Shown piece by piece: positions 25,357 through 34,630 of a stretch of 64,000 nucleotides of DNA. The notes below the pieces were generated by a model. It had not been told where the DNA came from. It searched no databases and saw only the letters and a list, made by a program, of their open reading frames with translations. A program made the translations under genes and the position numbers. Each line of letters opens with the position of its first letter. Within the stretch, counting starts at the first letter, position 1. The stretch is from a virus: IMG/VR virus record IMGVR_UViG_3300037130_000236. One strand, written 5' to 3'.

Positions 25357-25669
25357 ACAACGCCTCCTCAGGCATGGGTGGAAGATGCGGAAACTGAGCA
25401 GCCCACTGTGTAAGCCGCATCTGCAGCTCACAAAGATCAGTGGTCTTGCCGGTGAATACCAGCTCGGCTGTGTGCAGCACAGGCGTCGATTCAAGGACAT
25501 TGACCCGGACATCGATGGGCAGGCCGGACGCACACTCGATCCGGCCCAGAGCCAATGGAAATCCAGGATGGTAGGCAACGATCAGCTTGCAGGCGCCGGT
25601 CGAGCCGGGATCAGCAAACAACAGCTTCTCGAAGTCATTGCACTCGAAGTCGTTGAAGTCGCTGGGCAT
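25292..25669 (-). CDS. Hypothetical protein
   Basis: Coupled to upstream stop; 65-nt overlap with downstream gene. Confidence 0.55.
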   Translation of the reverse strand: MPSDFNDFECNDFEKLLFADPGSTGACKLIVAYHPGFPLALGRIECASGLPIDVRVNVLESTPVLHTAELVFTGKTTDLCELQMRLTQWAAQFPHLPPMPEEALYARDNPSAPSGPPEGVDQSGV

Positions 25670-26127
25670 CAGGCAGCCTCAAGGAGCTGGATGCTTTCGG
25701 TCAGTGTTGCTCCCAGGATGTCTGAGGTGCTTTCAGGATGAGCAGCGGAGTTCTCGGCGAACACCGTCCAGAGCGTGAGGAACTGTTCCCGATGCTCCCA
25801 GACGTATTTGGCGATACGGTCAAGGACCGAGAAGCTCAGCAGCGTGTCGATCTCCCTGCGCGCGATGCGCATGCAGTCACCGAACTCACTGCTCGGATCG
25901 CTGATGAACAGTTGGTTGGCGTAGAGCTGGATCAGGTAGAAGGACAGCACTTGGCGTGCATCCTTGTTCAGGGTGACAGTGAAGACGACCTCACTGATGG
26001 CGACCAGCACTTGGTCATCCGAAGGGATTCCACCCTCGAACTTGGAAAAGGCAGCCTTGATCGCATCGGTGACAAGAATGCTGCCCTTAACCATGCTGGC
26101 AAAGGAATTGAGTAGACCAGTATTCAT
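25669..26127 (-). CDS. Hypothetical protein
   Basis: GGAGG RBS before MNTGLL. Confidence 0.65.
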   Translation of the reverse strand: MNTGLLNSFASMVKGSILVTDAIKAAFSKFEGGIPSDDQVLVAISEVVFTVTLNKDARQVLSFYLIQLYANQLFISDPSSEFGDCMRIARREIDTLLSFSVLDRIAKYVWEHREQFLTLWTVFAENSAAHPESTSDILGATLTESIQLLEAA

Positions 26128-26134
26128 GGTGAGT

Positions 26135-26400
26135 CCTCCAGACCCAACGGGTTGTTGTTGCGTGAAAGATCGCCGGGCAGTCAAGGAGATGAACCTGCCC
26201 GGCGCCCTCTGCAGTGGAGTGCGAGGGAATCTCTGTGGATTGAGCGGAGCAAGCTCGACGCTCCAAAGAGCGGTCAGATAACGCTCCGACCCAGCGGGCC
26301 TGTTTCTAGCGCGGGAGGTCTCCGCTTTTCAGGATGCACGCACCCTGCCCCAATTGCATTGTGGATGGGGTCGAGCAGTGAAGCACTACGGCAAACACCG
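26135..26400 (-). ncRNA. Candidate structured intergenic RNA
   Basis: About seven consecutive hairpins including CGCCGGGCAG/CTGCCCGGCG and GGTCGGA/TCTGACC. Confidence 0.35.
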
Positions 26401-26404
26401 TAGG

Positions 26405-26704
26405 TTAGAACTTCAACTTGTCCAGTCCAATGCAGCGGACTGAGTTGTGGTTGACTTCCGGTGCAACCCGGCGAAACTTGGGCTTGGCCGGTCGACCCAG
26501 AACCGCTTGCAGTGTCTTCTCCATCGCAGCACCCGGCCGCATGAGGCGGACGTTGCGCTCCATCAGAGCAGTGAATCCCGGAAGGTTCTGGTGAGCCATA
26601 CCGAGAGCAACCTTGGCAGACTCCGAACCCAGGTTGTACTGGGCCAGCAGTCCATGGAGGACCTGCCGACGGCCGGTCCTGTCGAGAGCTTGAACATCGA
26701 TCAT
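26405..26704 (-). CDS. Hypothetical protein
   Basis: 99 aa, GGAG RBS. Confidence 0.6.
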   Translation of the reverse strand: MIDVQALDRTGRRQVLHGLLAQYNLGSESAKVALGMAHQNLPGFTALMERNVRLMRPGAAMEKTLQAVLGRPAKPKFRRVAPEVNHNSVRCIGLDKLKF

Positions 26705-26750
26705 GGCGAACTCCGCATTGCGGTTGACGATGTTGAGGTTGGGCTGAGGG

Positions 26751-26945
26751 CTAGAACTTCCGGCCGATCAAGCCGGTCGAATAGGCGAGCGTGTCACCGG
26801 TATCAGAACCGTTGAGCAGAGCTTCTCTCGATGCCTGGAAAGTCCGGGGCATGAGAGTGCGGATCATCCGGTCTTCGTGAATGGCGTGCAGGCGGTCCTG
26901 TCCTAACGTGGAACCGCGACGAGTGCGAGCATGAGGCATGGGCAT
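26751..26945 (-). CDS. Hypothetical protein
   Basis: AGGAG RBS before MPMPHA. Confidence 0.5.
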   Translation of the reverse strand: MPMPHARTRRGSTLGQDRLHAIHEDRMIRTLMPRTFQASREALLNGSDTGDTLAYSTGLIGRKF

Positions 26946-27085
26946 AGACGAGGCTCTCCTTGAAGCCTGGTGGAAGTGGTTGAATTGTTGGGATTTGAAA
27001 CAGAGGGAGTTGGGAACCGCGGCATCAGAGAACAACAAGGTTCAATCTGCCACCTGAAAGTGAATGATGATCCCGGCCACGATAA

Positions 27086-27337
27086 CTACCGTGGCCAAGG
27101 TATGGGCTCAGCAGAATACATCCGCTCCAACTCGCCGACCTGAAAGGCCTGCTTGTTCTTGCGACGCTCCCACCAGAAAAAACCGGCGAAGATCAGAACG
27201 GCCAGGGCAACCTCGGCCATCAGTAAAGGAATCAAGTCACGGTGCTCCCAGACGAACAGGGAGAGAGACTGTGACGCATCGGAGAACCACGAAGGATCCT
27301 TCGGCGGATTGAGAATGATGACATCACCGTTGAGCAC
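27086..27337 (-). CDS. Small membrane protein
   Basis: AGGAG RBS; one TM. Confidence 0.55.
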   Translation of the reverse strand: MLNGDVIILNPPKDPSWFSDASQSLSLFVWEHRDLIPLLMAEVALAVLIFAGFFWWERRKNKQAFQVGELERMYSAEPIPWPR

Positions 27338-27346
27338 GGCAGTCTC

Positions 27347-27481
27347 CTAGCAGATGGCAGCCGATGCACCGGCAGCCTGCATGGCCTTGTTGCACTGGGC
27401 GTTAAAAATGGCAGCGAGAATCAGGGCAGTGATTACCCCGGCAATGACACGAGCAGCGATGTAACCAAGCATCTCCAGCAT
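27347..27481 (-). CDS. Micro membrane protein (44 aa)
   Basis: AAGGAG RBS before MLEMLGY. Confidence 0.45.
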   Translation of the reverse strand: MLEMLGYIAARVIAGVITALILAAIFNAQCNKAMQAAGASAAIC

Positions 27482-28095
27482 GAGCATTCTCCTTGAACAC
27501 ACAGGTTGTACCGAGTGGATGAGAGACAGGACGTAAAGTCCATAGAGGGAAGGCATTACAGCAAAGCGATGAGCCTGGTAGTGGAGTACCAGGCCCATGG
27601 GTGCCACAGATGGCACAAAGCTTGATCGAGCAGGATATAGCGACTCTGGTGTATAACCGGCTTTCCGCTTTCAGCAAAGCCGATGATGGGGTTTACACTC
27701 ACCCACCACTCCTGAACACAGCCAGAAGTGGATTTACACTAGGTCTCTCCGTCCTGCCTGACACCAACACATACACGCGCGCACGCGGGAGCTGGTTCTC
27801 AGGATTGCCCTTAAATAGCCAAACCACAATAGGCCGCGGTCAAGCTTCACCACCGTTCAATAGGCGGTAGTTTCAGCATGACTGGCTTTTATGGGCTTAA
27901 ATGAATCCGGCGCTCCAAAGCTCTTTAACGTGATCTGAGCATCGGGGACGTGGTACATGTGGGCATAAGCCACTGTAAGCATCTGAATGACAGACACTTA
28001 CCTGACTACCTCACCACTTCGCCTGACACGCCTCTACCCGAGGGCGAAGCCCCTCGGGACATAGCGGCTGTTCTGCGGCTGGTTGCCCAGCGGCG

Positions 28096-28135
28096 GGTAT
28101 TGACTGTTGGCATATCCATATATAGGTATTGACTG
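28096..28135. repeat. Direct repeat GGTATTGACTG x2 within a ~700 bp non-coding, hairpin-rich interval
   Basis: 28096-28106 and 28125-28135. Confidence 0.55.
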
Positions 28136-28314
28136 ACCCTGGGCTGAGCCCAATGAGGCAATCGATCCCATGTGTGGTTCCAACTTGCCGATTCCCAGGA
28201 CGAATCCTGGTCATCAGGATGGGCATGACCCATCAATGTCAGAATCGTTCCAGAGTGGAATGATCCTGACATTTCGGCCTTCAAGCAGGGCCGAACCGCC
28301 AAGTTGTTAATGGT

Positions 28315-31300
28315 TTAGAAGTCTGTGCTTTCGTCGAACTCGAAGTCCTCTGAAGCAATCTCTGCCACCAGGTTGGACTTGTAGTCCGAGTGCAGCTCAG
28401 GAGCTGAGTCATAGACGTGGATCACGCCCTTGGGCGACATCATGTAGCTGCCGTCCGGGATGGTTGGATCGGCTGTGCGGGACAGGAGCTTGTCATTGCT
28501 GCGGTGGTAGATATTGCCACCGAGAGCCTTGACTGCTACTGGCCTAACCAGCCGGCGCTTTGCATAGCCGTTGAGGTCGATGAATGCGACGCAACCGGTA
28601 AGGCCGAGATCCTCCTCGGCCGACAGGATGTCATCCAGGATGTAGTTCGGCACACCGTCACCGACGGATTGCGTGAACTTGTCCTCCCCAACGAGTGGGT
28701 CGGTGTTGCGGTTATAGACCGTGTTGAGCCAGTAAATTCCGAACTTGCGCCGAGTCTCCACAGACCATGGCCGCCCGGACACACTGAGAGTGGTGCCCGA
28801 TACGGAGAACTGGTTGGTGTAGAAATCAACTAGGCCTGGAGTGTGAACTTCCTCCATGCTGGTGACCTTGCCGGTGGCGTCCTTGACCAGGATGGTCTCG
28901 GTGAAGCCATTGGCAATACGGTCATAGACGTTGTCAGGCAGCACGCCGCCGTTGTCGGCCTTGGCTTCCTGGAACTGACGAATCCACCAGCTGCGAAGGT
29001 CTCTGACCATCGAGAGGATAGCTTCATCCTCCGGATAGGCATTGAGCAGCTTGGCTGCCAGTGGCCGCTTGATCATGTGTTCCACCTGACGGCTCTCTTC
29101 GAGCAACTGGTCACGACGCGTGTTCAGCAGATTGAGCGCCTTGCACAGCTTGGTTTCCACCAGAATGTAGTTGCCCATGTTCTTGCGATCACGGGGCATG
29201 CGGTTGGCGAAGGAGATCGGAAAGACCAATGTCTTCAGAGCTTCCTTAGCCTCAGCGAAGAGCGACATCACTGTCAGCTTGTCGCCTTTACGCATCTGGG
29301 TGTAATCGATGACCAGGTCCGAGTTGGACATGGCACGAGCACACATGAAGTCTGGCTTGGCGGCGTTGACAAGCGATGCCACATAGACAAACCAGTCCAG
29401 CGTAGGCTCATACTCGATCGGCACGATCTTCGCCAGTCCCTCAGGCAGCAGCTGAATCAGCTCATGCCTTTGCGGAGCGATGAAGTTGTCAGGCACGATG
29501 AACGTCTTGGCCTGCAGGCTCTCACCGATGGTGATCCGGTGTTCGCCAGACAACAGGGTGTCCAGCCAGCCGTTGTTGATGAAGGAACCCAGGGATTCCG
29601 AATACTCGGTGAACTCCCTGAGCTGCTGTGCGAAGCAGTTGAAGTTCCACTCATCGCCGATGCCCAGCCACTTCTCGCGGTTGGTCTTGGCGAATGCGGA
29701 TACCTCACGGACTTTGATGGTGAGTTTGGGTTGAACTGGATAGTCCATCGTCTGCCACTTGGCGATGAAGGCAGGGTCCTGGATGGCGAACAGATTGTCA
29801 TCCATATCCCCACCATTCAGCTTGCCCAGCAGATCGCCGGCGTTGGCGCCGAAGAAGCACCAGCCCTGTCCCTTGGACTCCAGGAGTTCAGGAACAAGGA
29901 TGTTGCAGACAAGAACCATCTCAGTTGAGTTGGTGTTGGGATTACGCCCAACGAGCACCGGGCCTTCCAGGAGATCCGGAATGCACACGGTAGGCAGCCC
30001 ATCCCGCTCGCCACCGAGAGTGTCGAGTGTGAAGTCGGGCATGCCGTTGGGCATCATGACCAGTGGATTGGGCCGAGCATAGACACGGATCGCACCCTTT
30101 AGTGGAATGCGGCCGCGGGTAATGTCCAGAGAATCCTGGAAGCCATGCTTGAAGATCCGCCGGTAGAGCACCGGCAGAGTCTTCGATTCATGCTGCAGCT
30201 TCATGGCACGCACCAGCGCCCATTCGGGCTTGGGCATATCCATGTCGCGGCGAGCAGCGTCCGACACATTCACCAGAGTGGCGAAGTAGTCAGTGATGGC
30301 ATCTTCGTCGTCGCCGAAGAGGATCTTGGCACGCTCGTCCATGACCTCAAGGCCATACCGTACGCAGAGGTCTTCTTCGAAGAACCCGGCATTGGTGATG
30401 GTCTGAAGATCGGTCATGAGTTCGTGCTTGCTGGTCTTCAACAGCAGCCCGATGTAGATGCGGTCGCCATGAAAGACGACCTCGTCCTTGGAGCCATAGA
30501 GATAGATGTCATAATCTGCCATCCTCTCGTTTGCTGCGTAAATACCTTTGCCGAGACCGAATGGTCCGACCAGGGTTGCAGCGCACCCGTCAAAGCCGGG
30601 TAAGTTGATGACGCCAGAGCCATCTAGGAAGCTGGTCTCCTGATCGTTGAGCAGCTTCATGTTGAAGTTGAGAATGGAGATGACTCTCCCATTCTTCAGC
30701 TTGGCCATGGTGACCTGGCCTGTCGGCACCGGATAGCTCGAGATGATCTCGGCTTCCAGCATGGACTGGTGAGCAGCCATGGTACGGCGCATCCGCTTGG
30801 GCGCCTTGGGATCAGAGGAGATGAACACTCCCAGATCCTTGAGGCGCTTGACGTTGGCCGAAGCTGACACCAGGACCATGGTCCCGGTGCCATTGACATC
30901 GGCATAGACGACGCGGAAGCGTTCGTCACCTTCAGTCCAGCCGTGACGGCAAAGGAACTTCGCCGTTTCAGCCATGTCCTTGCATCCATCCTTGCCGGAC
31001 GCTTCGAATGTGACGATGCCATACCTGGCACCTTCGGGCATCAGTGCATCGAGAACCTGCCGGGTCTCATGCTGCATGAAGTGCTCGTCCTTCTGATAGA
31101 GAACAGGCTTGCCGGGATACGGCCGGCGCACACGAGTGATGATCTCTACGTCCGTTGCGTCATAGAGAATGTGGAAAGCCATTCGGCTGTCGTGGTTCCA
31201 CAAGGGAACTTCGACATCAGTCGCTTCGCCGTCAGAGTAGATGAACTCCTCTGCCGTTTGCTCATCTTCGAGACGCAATGCCTTCACGTCTTCCTCCTTG

Positions 31301-31368
31301 AGATGATTGTGAATTGGGCTGTGGCTTAGAGCGATCAGTTCGCTCAACAGATTCTTGTCGTTAGACAT
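28315..31368 (-). CDS. Single-subunit two-barrel RNA polymerase, YonO/cellular-RdRP-like (~1017 aa)
   Basis: Ordered motifs K..KR, FLDGSGVI, GLGKG, TDLQT, GRIPLKG, VLVGRNP, GGDMDDNLFAIQDP; AAGGAG RBS before MSNDKN. Confidence 0.8.
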   Translation of the reverse strand: MSNDKNLLSELIALSHSPIHNHLKEEDVKALRLEDEQTAEEFIYSDGEATDVEVPLWNHDSRMAFHILYDATDVEIITRVRRPYPGKPVLYQKDEHFMQHETRQVLDALMPEGARYGIVTFEASGKDGCKDMAETAKFLCRHGWTEGDERFRVVYADVNGTGTMVLVSASANVKRLKDLGVFISSDPKAPKRMRRTMAAHQSMLEAEIISSYPVPTGQVTMAKLKNGRVISILNFNMKLLNDQETSFLDGSGVINLPGFDGCAATLVGPFGLGKGIYAANERMADYDIYLYGSKDEVVFHGDRIYIGLLLKTSKHELMTDLQTITNAGFFEEDLCVRYGLEVMDERAKILFGDDEDAITDYFATLVNVSDAARRDMDMPKPEWALVRAMKLQHESKTLPVLYRRIFKHGFQDSLDITRGRIPLKGAIRVYARPNPLVMMPNGMPDFTLDTLGGERDGLPTVCIPDLLEGPVLVGRNPNTNSTEMVLVCNILVPELLESKGQGWCFFGANAGDLLGKLNGGDMDDNLFAIQDPAFIAKWQTMDYPVQPKLTIKVREVSAFAKTNREKWLGIGDEWNFNCFAQQLREFTEYSESLGSFINNGWLDTLLSGEHRITIGESLQAKTFIVPDNFIAPQRHELIQLLPEGLAKIVPIEYEPTLDWFVYVASLVNAAKPDFMCARAMSNSDLVIDYTQMRKGDKLTVMSLFAEAKEALKTLVFPISFANRMPRDRKNMGNYILVETKLCKALNLLNTRRDQLLEESRQVEHMIKRPLAAKLLNAYPEDEAILSMVRDLRSWWIRQFQEAKADNGGVLPDNVYDRIANGFTETILVKDATGKVTSMEEVHTPGLVDFYTNQFSVSGTTLSVSGRPWSVETRRKFGIYWLNTVYNRNTDPLVGEDKFTQSVGDGVPNYILDDILSAEEDLGLTGCVAFIDLNGYAKRRLVRPVAVKALGGNIYHRSNDKLLSRTADPTIPDGSYMMSPKGVIHVYDSAPELHSDYKSNLVAEIASEDFEFDESTDF

Positions 31369-31502
31369 GGTGATTCTCCTTCCCCCTCCACGGGGTCGGT
31401 TGAGTACGAATGAGTTTTGCTGGGTCTTGTGCGCAGAAGCCGCGGGCATGGGCTTCCTGTTGCCAGTCAGTTCCCATGCCCTGTTTGCGTCGTTGAGTAG
31501 TC

Positions 31503-31775
31503 TTAGAGGGAGGCAGGCGTTGCGGCCGTCTTCTTGGCGAAGAGGCCAGTGAACCCAGTCCATGCCTGCTTGGCTGCCGGGATCGCACAGACCTGAGCGG
31601 TGCCAGCCGCACGGGCTGTCACATCGGTGGTGCGCTGCGTGGCATCGGCGGCATAGTGAATGCCTTTGGCAAGGTTGTCGCCGATGAAGTGAATGGCGAT
31701 GGAGCTGAATGCTCCGTTGACGATTTCGTTCAACATGGCACGCTGTTCAGGTGTGAGCTGTTTCTTCGTGGTCAT
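31503..31775 (-). CDS. Hypothetical protein
   Basis: AAGGAG RBS before MTTKK. Confidence 0.55.
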   Translation of the reverse strand: MTTKKQLTPEQRAMLNEIVNGAFSSIAIHFIGDNLAKGIHYAADATQRTTDVTARAAGTAQVCAIPAAKQAWTGFTGLFAKKTAATPASL

Positions 31776-31801
31776 TTCATTCTCCTTGAATGGCAGCAAG
31801 C

Positions 31802-31971
31802 GAATTAGGACCGGGTGGGCTAAAACCCAAATAGGCCAGCCTCCCTGTACTACTTGTTACCTGGTGTCTTCATCCCCATCACTTGCGGCGCCTCGCACGA
31901 AGCCCCATGAACGAGTCACATGACCAGTTGCTGCTCTGTTTATGAGTCGCTGAATTAGACCCGGGTGGGCT
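31802..31971. repeat. 20-bp direct repeats in divergent intergenic region
   Basis: GAATTAGGACCGGGTGGGCT 31802-31821 and GAATTAGACCCGGGTGGGCT 31952-31971. Confidence 0.65.
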
Positions 31972-32045
31972 GTCAGATAAATGTGGCAAATCTCTTACGC
32001 GAATCCTGAAACCTGCTCAGAACACAAGCAAAAAAGGCCCCACAC

Positions 32046-32525
32046 GTGGGCCTTTGGTACATCGAGGGTCGGAACCATGCTGGGAACATGGTCAAACCCA
32101 TCGATCCTTGGCCTGCACCAGGCCCGAACTCGCACATTTTCTTCAAGGTCACGGCAGTGAACCCCAACGACTACGGGATTCCTCCCACGACGTTCATCGT
32201 CGAGGCGCTCAATGAGGAGGTGGCCGTCGAGTGCATCAAGCGCGCGATCTGGGCTGGCATCCTCTTGCCACACAGCTACAATGGCGCTCTCAATCCATGG
32301 CCCGCATATTTCCAGAGCAATGCCCTGAGGTATCTGCTCGATGGGATGTTCGTTGCCGAGGAACTGGAGACTCTGCCGACGCTGCGGTTCTTTCCCGATC
32401 CGTGCATTCGGGATGAGTGGCTTCGCTACCAGCTCTCCTGGATGGCTCGTCTTGTCGAGGATATCCAGAAGTGGTGGGATGCCATGCTGGCACGGACCTT
32501 CTTCACTTCCTGGTTTGGAAGGTGA
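32046..32525 (+). CDS. Hypothetical protein
   Basis: First gene of rightward block; start uncertain. Confidence 0.6.
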   Translation: MGLWYIEGRNHAGNMVKPIDPWPAPGPNSHIFFKVTAVNPNDYGIPPTTFIVEALNEEVAVECIKRAIWAGILLPHSYNGALNPWPAYFQSNALRYLLDGMFVAEELETLPTLRFFPDPCIRDEWLRYQLSWMARLVEDIQKWWDAMLARTFFTSWFGR

Positions 32526-32656
32526 AGTTTCTTGTCGTCATCCTTGTCGTTGCGGCAGTAGTTCTGCTCTGTACTGGCCATGTCATCTTGGCCTGCGGGG
32601 CAATCATGCTTGCTGGCACCATGTCCCGGTTCATCATCCGAACCCCAACCCTTTGA
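32522..32656 (+). CDS. Micro membrane protein
   Basis: GTGA overlap; MKFLVVILVVAAVVLL. Confidence 0.45.
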   Translation: MKFLVVILVVAAVVLLCTGHVILACGAIMLAGTMSRFIIRTPTL

Positions 32657-32666
32657 AGGAGTTTCA

Positions 32667-33374
32667 ATGAGTTCCAGCCTCAATCACTACACAGCAAACG
32701 TTCAGGTGACGGATGCCGTCATGCACAACAAGACCCCGCTCAGCACTTCGACATTCACGGTTGCCGTCCTGGCCGCCAATGTGACCGATGCCAAGGCCCT
32801 GATCCAGGAGTTCTATGGCCGCACGGGGATGTCCTCCAAGATCATCGATGGGGTTCACACCCTGTATCGGGCTGCCACTCCCAACGTCCCTGGCGCCATC
32901 CGGACTGTCACGGTGACCAATGTCGTTCTGGTGACTTCCCCAACTGCTGCCGTTCCTGTTGCCGTTTCTACTTCGGCGCCGGCGACTGCTGCTGCTGTGC
33001 CTGTTGCCGCAGCCGCGACTTTGGTTGTTGCTGCCGCGGTCGCCGCAACACCTGCTCCAACTCCTCCGCCTCCTGCTTCAACAGCTACCAGCACTGCGAC
33101 GGCTGCCGCCGCGACGGAGACCGCATCTGTCATCGATGCGACTGCTTCGCCTGCAGCCACTACGGCAGTCACCGACACAACGACAGCCACTGTTGCCGCC
33201 ACGGTTCCTTCCACACCCGCACCGACCTCGAAGGCAGGTGGACGAGGACGCAAGACCATCACAGTGGATGCTTCTGCATCGACTGAGACGGCTGCCCCTG
33301 CTACAGCCGCTCCCGCTTCTTCCACCACGGCAAGTGAGCCGGCTTCCTCCACGACTGCGCCCGCAGCCAGCTAA
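32667..33374 (+). CDS. Protein with long Ala/Thr/Pro low-complexity tail
   Basis: AAGGAG RBS before MSSSLN. Confidence 0.7.
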   Translation: MSSSLNHYTANVQVTDAVMHNKTPLSTSTFTVAVLAANVTDAKALIQEFYGRTGMSSKIIDGVHTLYRAATPNVPGAIRTVTVTNVVLVTSPTAAVPVAVSTSAPATAAAVPVAAAATLVVAAAVAATPAPTPPPPASTATSTATAAAATETASVIDATASPAATTAVTDTTTATVAATVPSTPAPTSKAGGRGRKTITVDASASTETAAPATAAPASSTTASEPASSTTAPAAS

Positions 33375-33397
33375 GACGACACATTTTCGTGAAGGCC

Positions 33398-33435
33398 CTA
33401 CAAGCCCGCCGCCCTGGCGGGCTTCGTAGCTTTGG
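33398..33435 (+). terminator. Probable intrinsic terminator
   Basis: AAGCCCGCC/GGCGGGCTT stem, then CTTT. Confidence 0.5.
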
Positions 33436-33498
33436 TACATTCCCTTGCCTCCACATACTCGCAATTGACGGCCCAGCCAGGGCTGTAAGGAATGAAGC

Positions 33499-33705
33499 AT
33501 GTCGAAGGAAGCAATTCTGTTTGCCGTCACCGAGACCAAGGTTCGTGACAAGGCAGCCGGCCGCGTAGGCACGGTCACGTTTGAGAGCGCGAACGCCAAG
33601 GGCACCAGCAAGGTTGTCCTGGTGAGTCAGGAAGAGATCGTCGACGACTACCGGGTGGGTGAGTTCTATGAACTGACCCTCAACCAGGTTCAGGCGCCGA
33701 AGTAG
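33499..33705 (+). CDS. Small beta-rich hypothetical protein
   Basis: AAGGA RBS; 68 aa. Confidence 0.7.
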   Translation: MSKEAILFAVTETKVRDKAAGRVGTVTFESANAKGTSKVVLVSQEEIVDDYRVGEFYELTLNQVQAPK

Positions 33706-33761
33706 TCAGCTGTCTGCTGACATTGTCCCAATCATCAACCCGTTTTGAGAGGAATTCCGCA

Positions 33762-34013
33762 ATGGCATTTTGGGAAGTAACTGGCACCGTCGTGACCGAG
33801 GACAACAACGCAGTCACGTTTCGCACCTTTGTCCCCGCCGAGGAGCTGGTGGATACCGTCAACGAAGGTCTCGATGCGATCTTTGAGATCGAGAACCCCG
33901 AGGTCTACGACGAACCCGAGACCACGACCAACGGTTGCTTCGCCATGGCTCAGGGCCTTGCGGCGATTGAACCGCCTCCGGCCGTGAATGTTCACGTCGA
34001 GGTGCATGTCTAG
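33762..34013 (+). CDS. Small acidic hypothetical protein
   Basis: GAGGA RBS before MAFWEV. Confidence 0.7.
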   Translation: MAFWEVTGTVVTEDNNAVTFRTFVPAEELVDTVNEGLDAIFEIENPEVYDEPETTTNGCFAMAQGLAAIEPPPAVNVHVEVHV

Positions 34014-34015
34014 TC

Positions 34016-34237
34016 ATGCAGGCTCGAGTCAAACTCACACCGCGCATTATTGCCAGGTTGATTGTCGGCAAGCCCGTGACAGTCAACCTGCCGGCAGGCA
34101 CATCGTCACTTTCCCTCGTAACGGAAGGCAAGTTCCACGAATTCCTCCGTGCGTTTCATGCACCGGAAGAGTTTGATCCGGAGACCTCGCATACGGAAGT
34201 GATCGGCCTGTTCGACCTGATTTTTGGAAGGCACTAA
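34016..34237 (+). CDS. Hypothetical protein
   Basis: 73 aa, packed with neighbours. Confidence 0.5.
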   Translation: MQARVKLTPRIIARLIVGKPVTVNLPAGTSSLSLVTEGKFHEFLRAFHAPEEFDPETSHTEVIGLFDLIFGRH

Positions 34238-34281
34238 ACCACAACCGAGTCCCAGCAGTTGATCAGGAAAGGCATTCTGGA

Positions 34282-34620
34282 ATGAAGATCCAACCCATCA
34301 GCAACTACCTCATCATCAAGCTCGATCCGGCCGATGAGAACATCGGCAACAGCAAGTTGATTGCACCAGGCCAGCTCAATGAGGCCTACAACGTCCCCAA
34401 GCGGATGGGCACCGTCCGTGCAGTTGGCCGCGGCCTCGTCACTGCCGGCGGCGAGATCATCCCTCCGCAGTTGAAGGCCGGCGATCGCGTCTACGTCCTG
34501 CAGACCAAGGTCGAGATCACCGTCGAGTACGACGGCGAAGACTGCCTCGTCCTGTCGGACGAGTCGCACGTCATCGGCATCATCACCGAGGAGTCTTCAC
34601 TGATTCTGGGGGGCAAGTAA
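34282..34620 (+). CDS. groES: Co-chaperonin GroES/Cpn10
   Basis: IQPISNYLII, GTVRAVGRG, LKAGDRV, YDGEDCLVLSDESHVIGII. Confidence 0.9.
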   Translation: MKIQPISNYLIIKLDPADENIGNSKLIAPGQLNEAYNVPKRMGTVRAVGRGLVTAGGEIIPPQLKAGDRVYVLQTKVEITVEYDGEDCLVLSDESHVIGIITEESSLILGGK

Positions 34621-34630
34621 TGCCTCCCTT

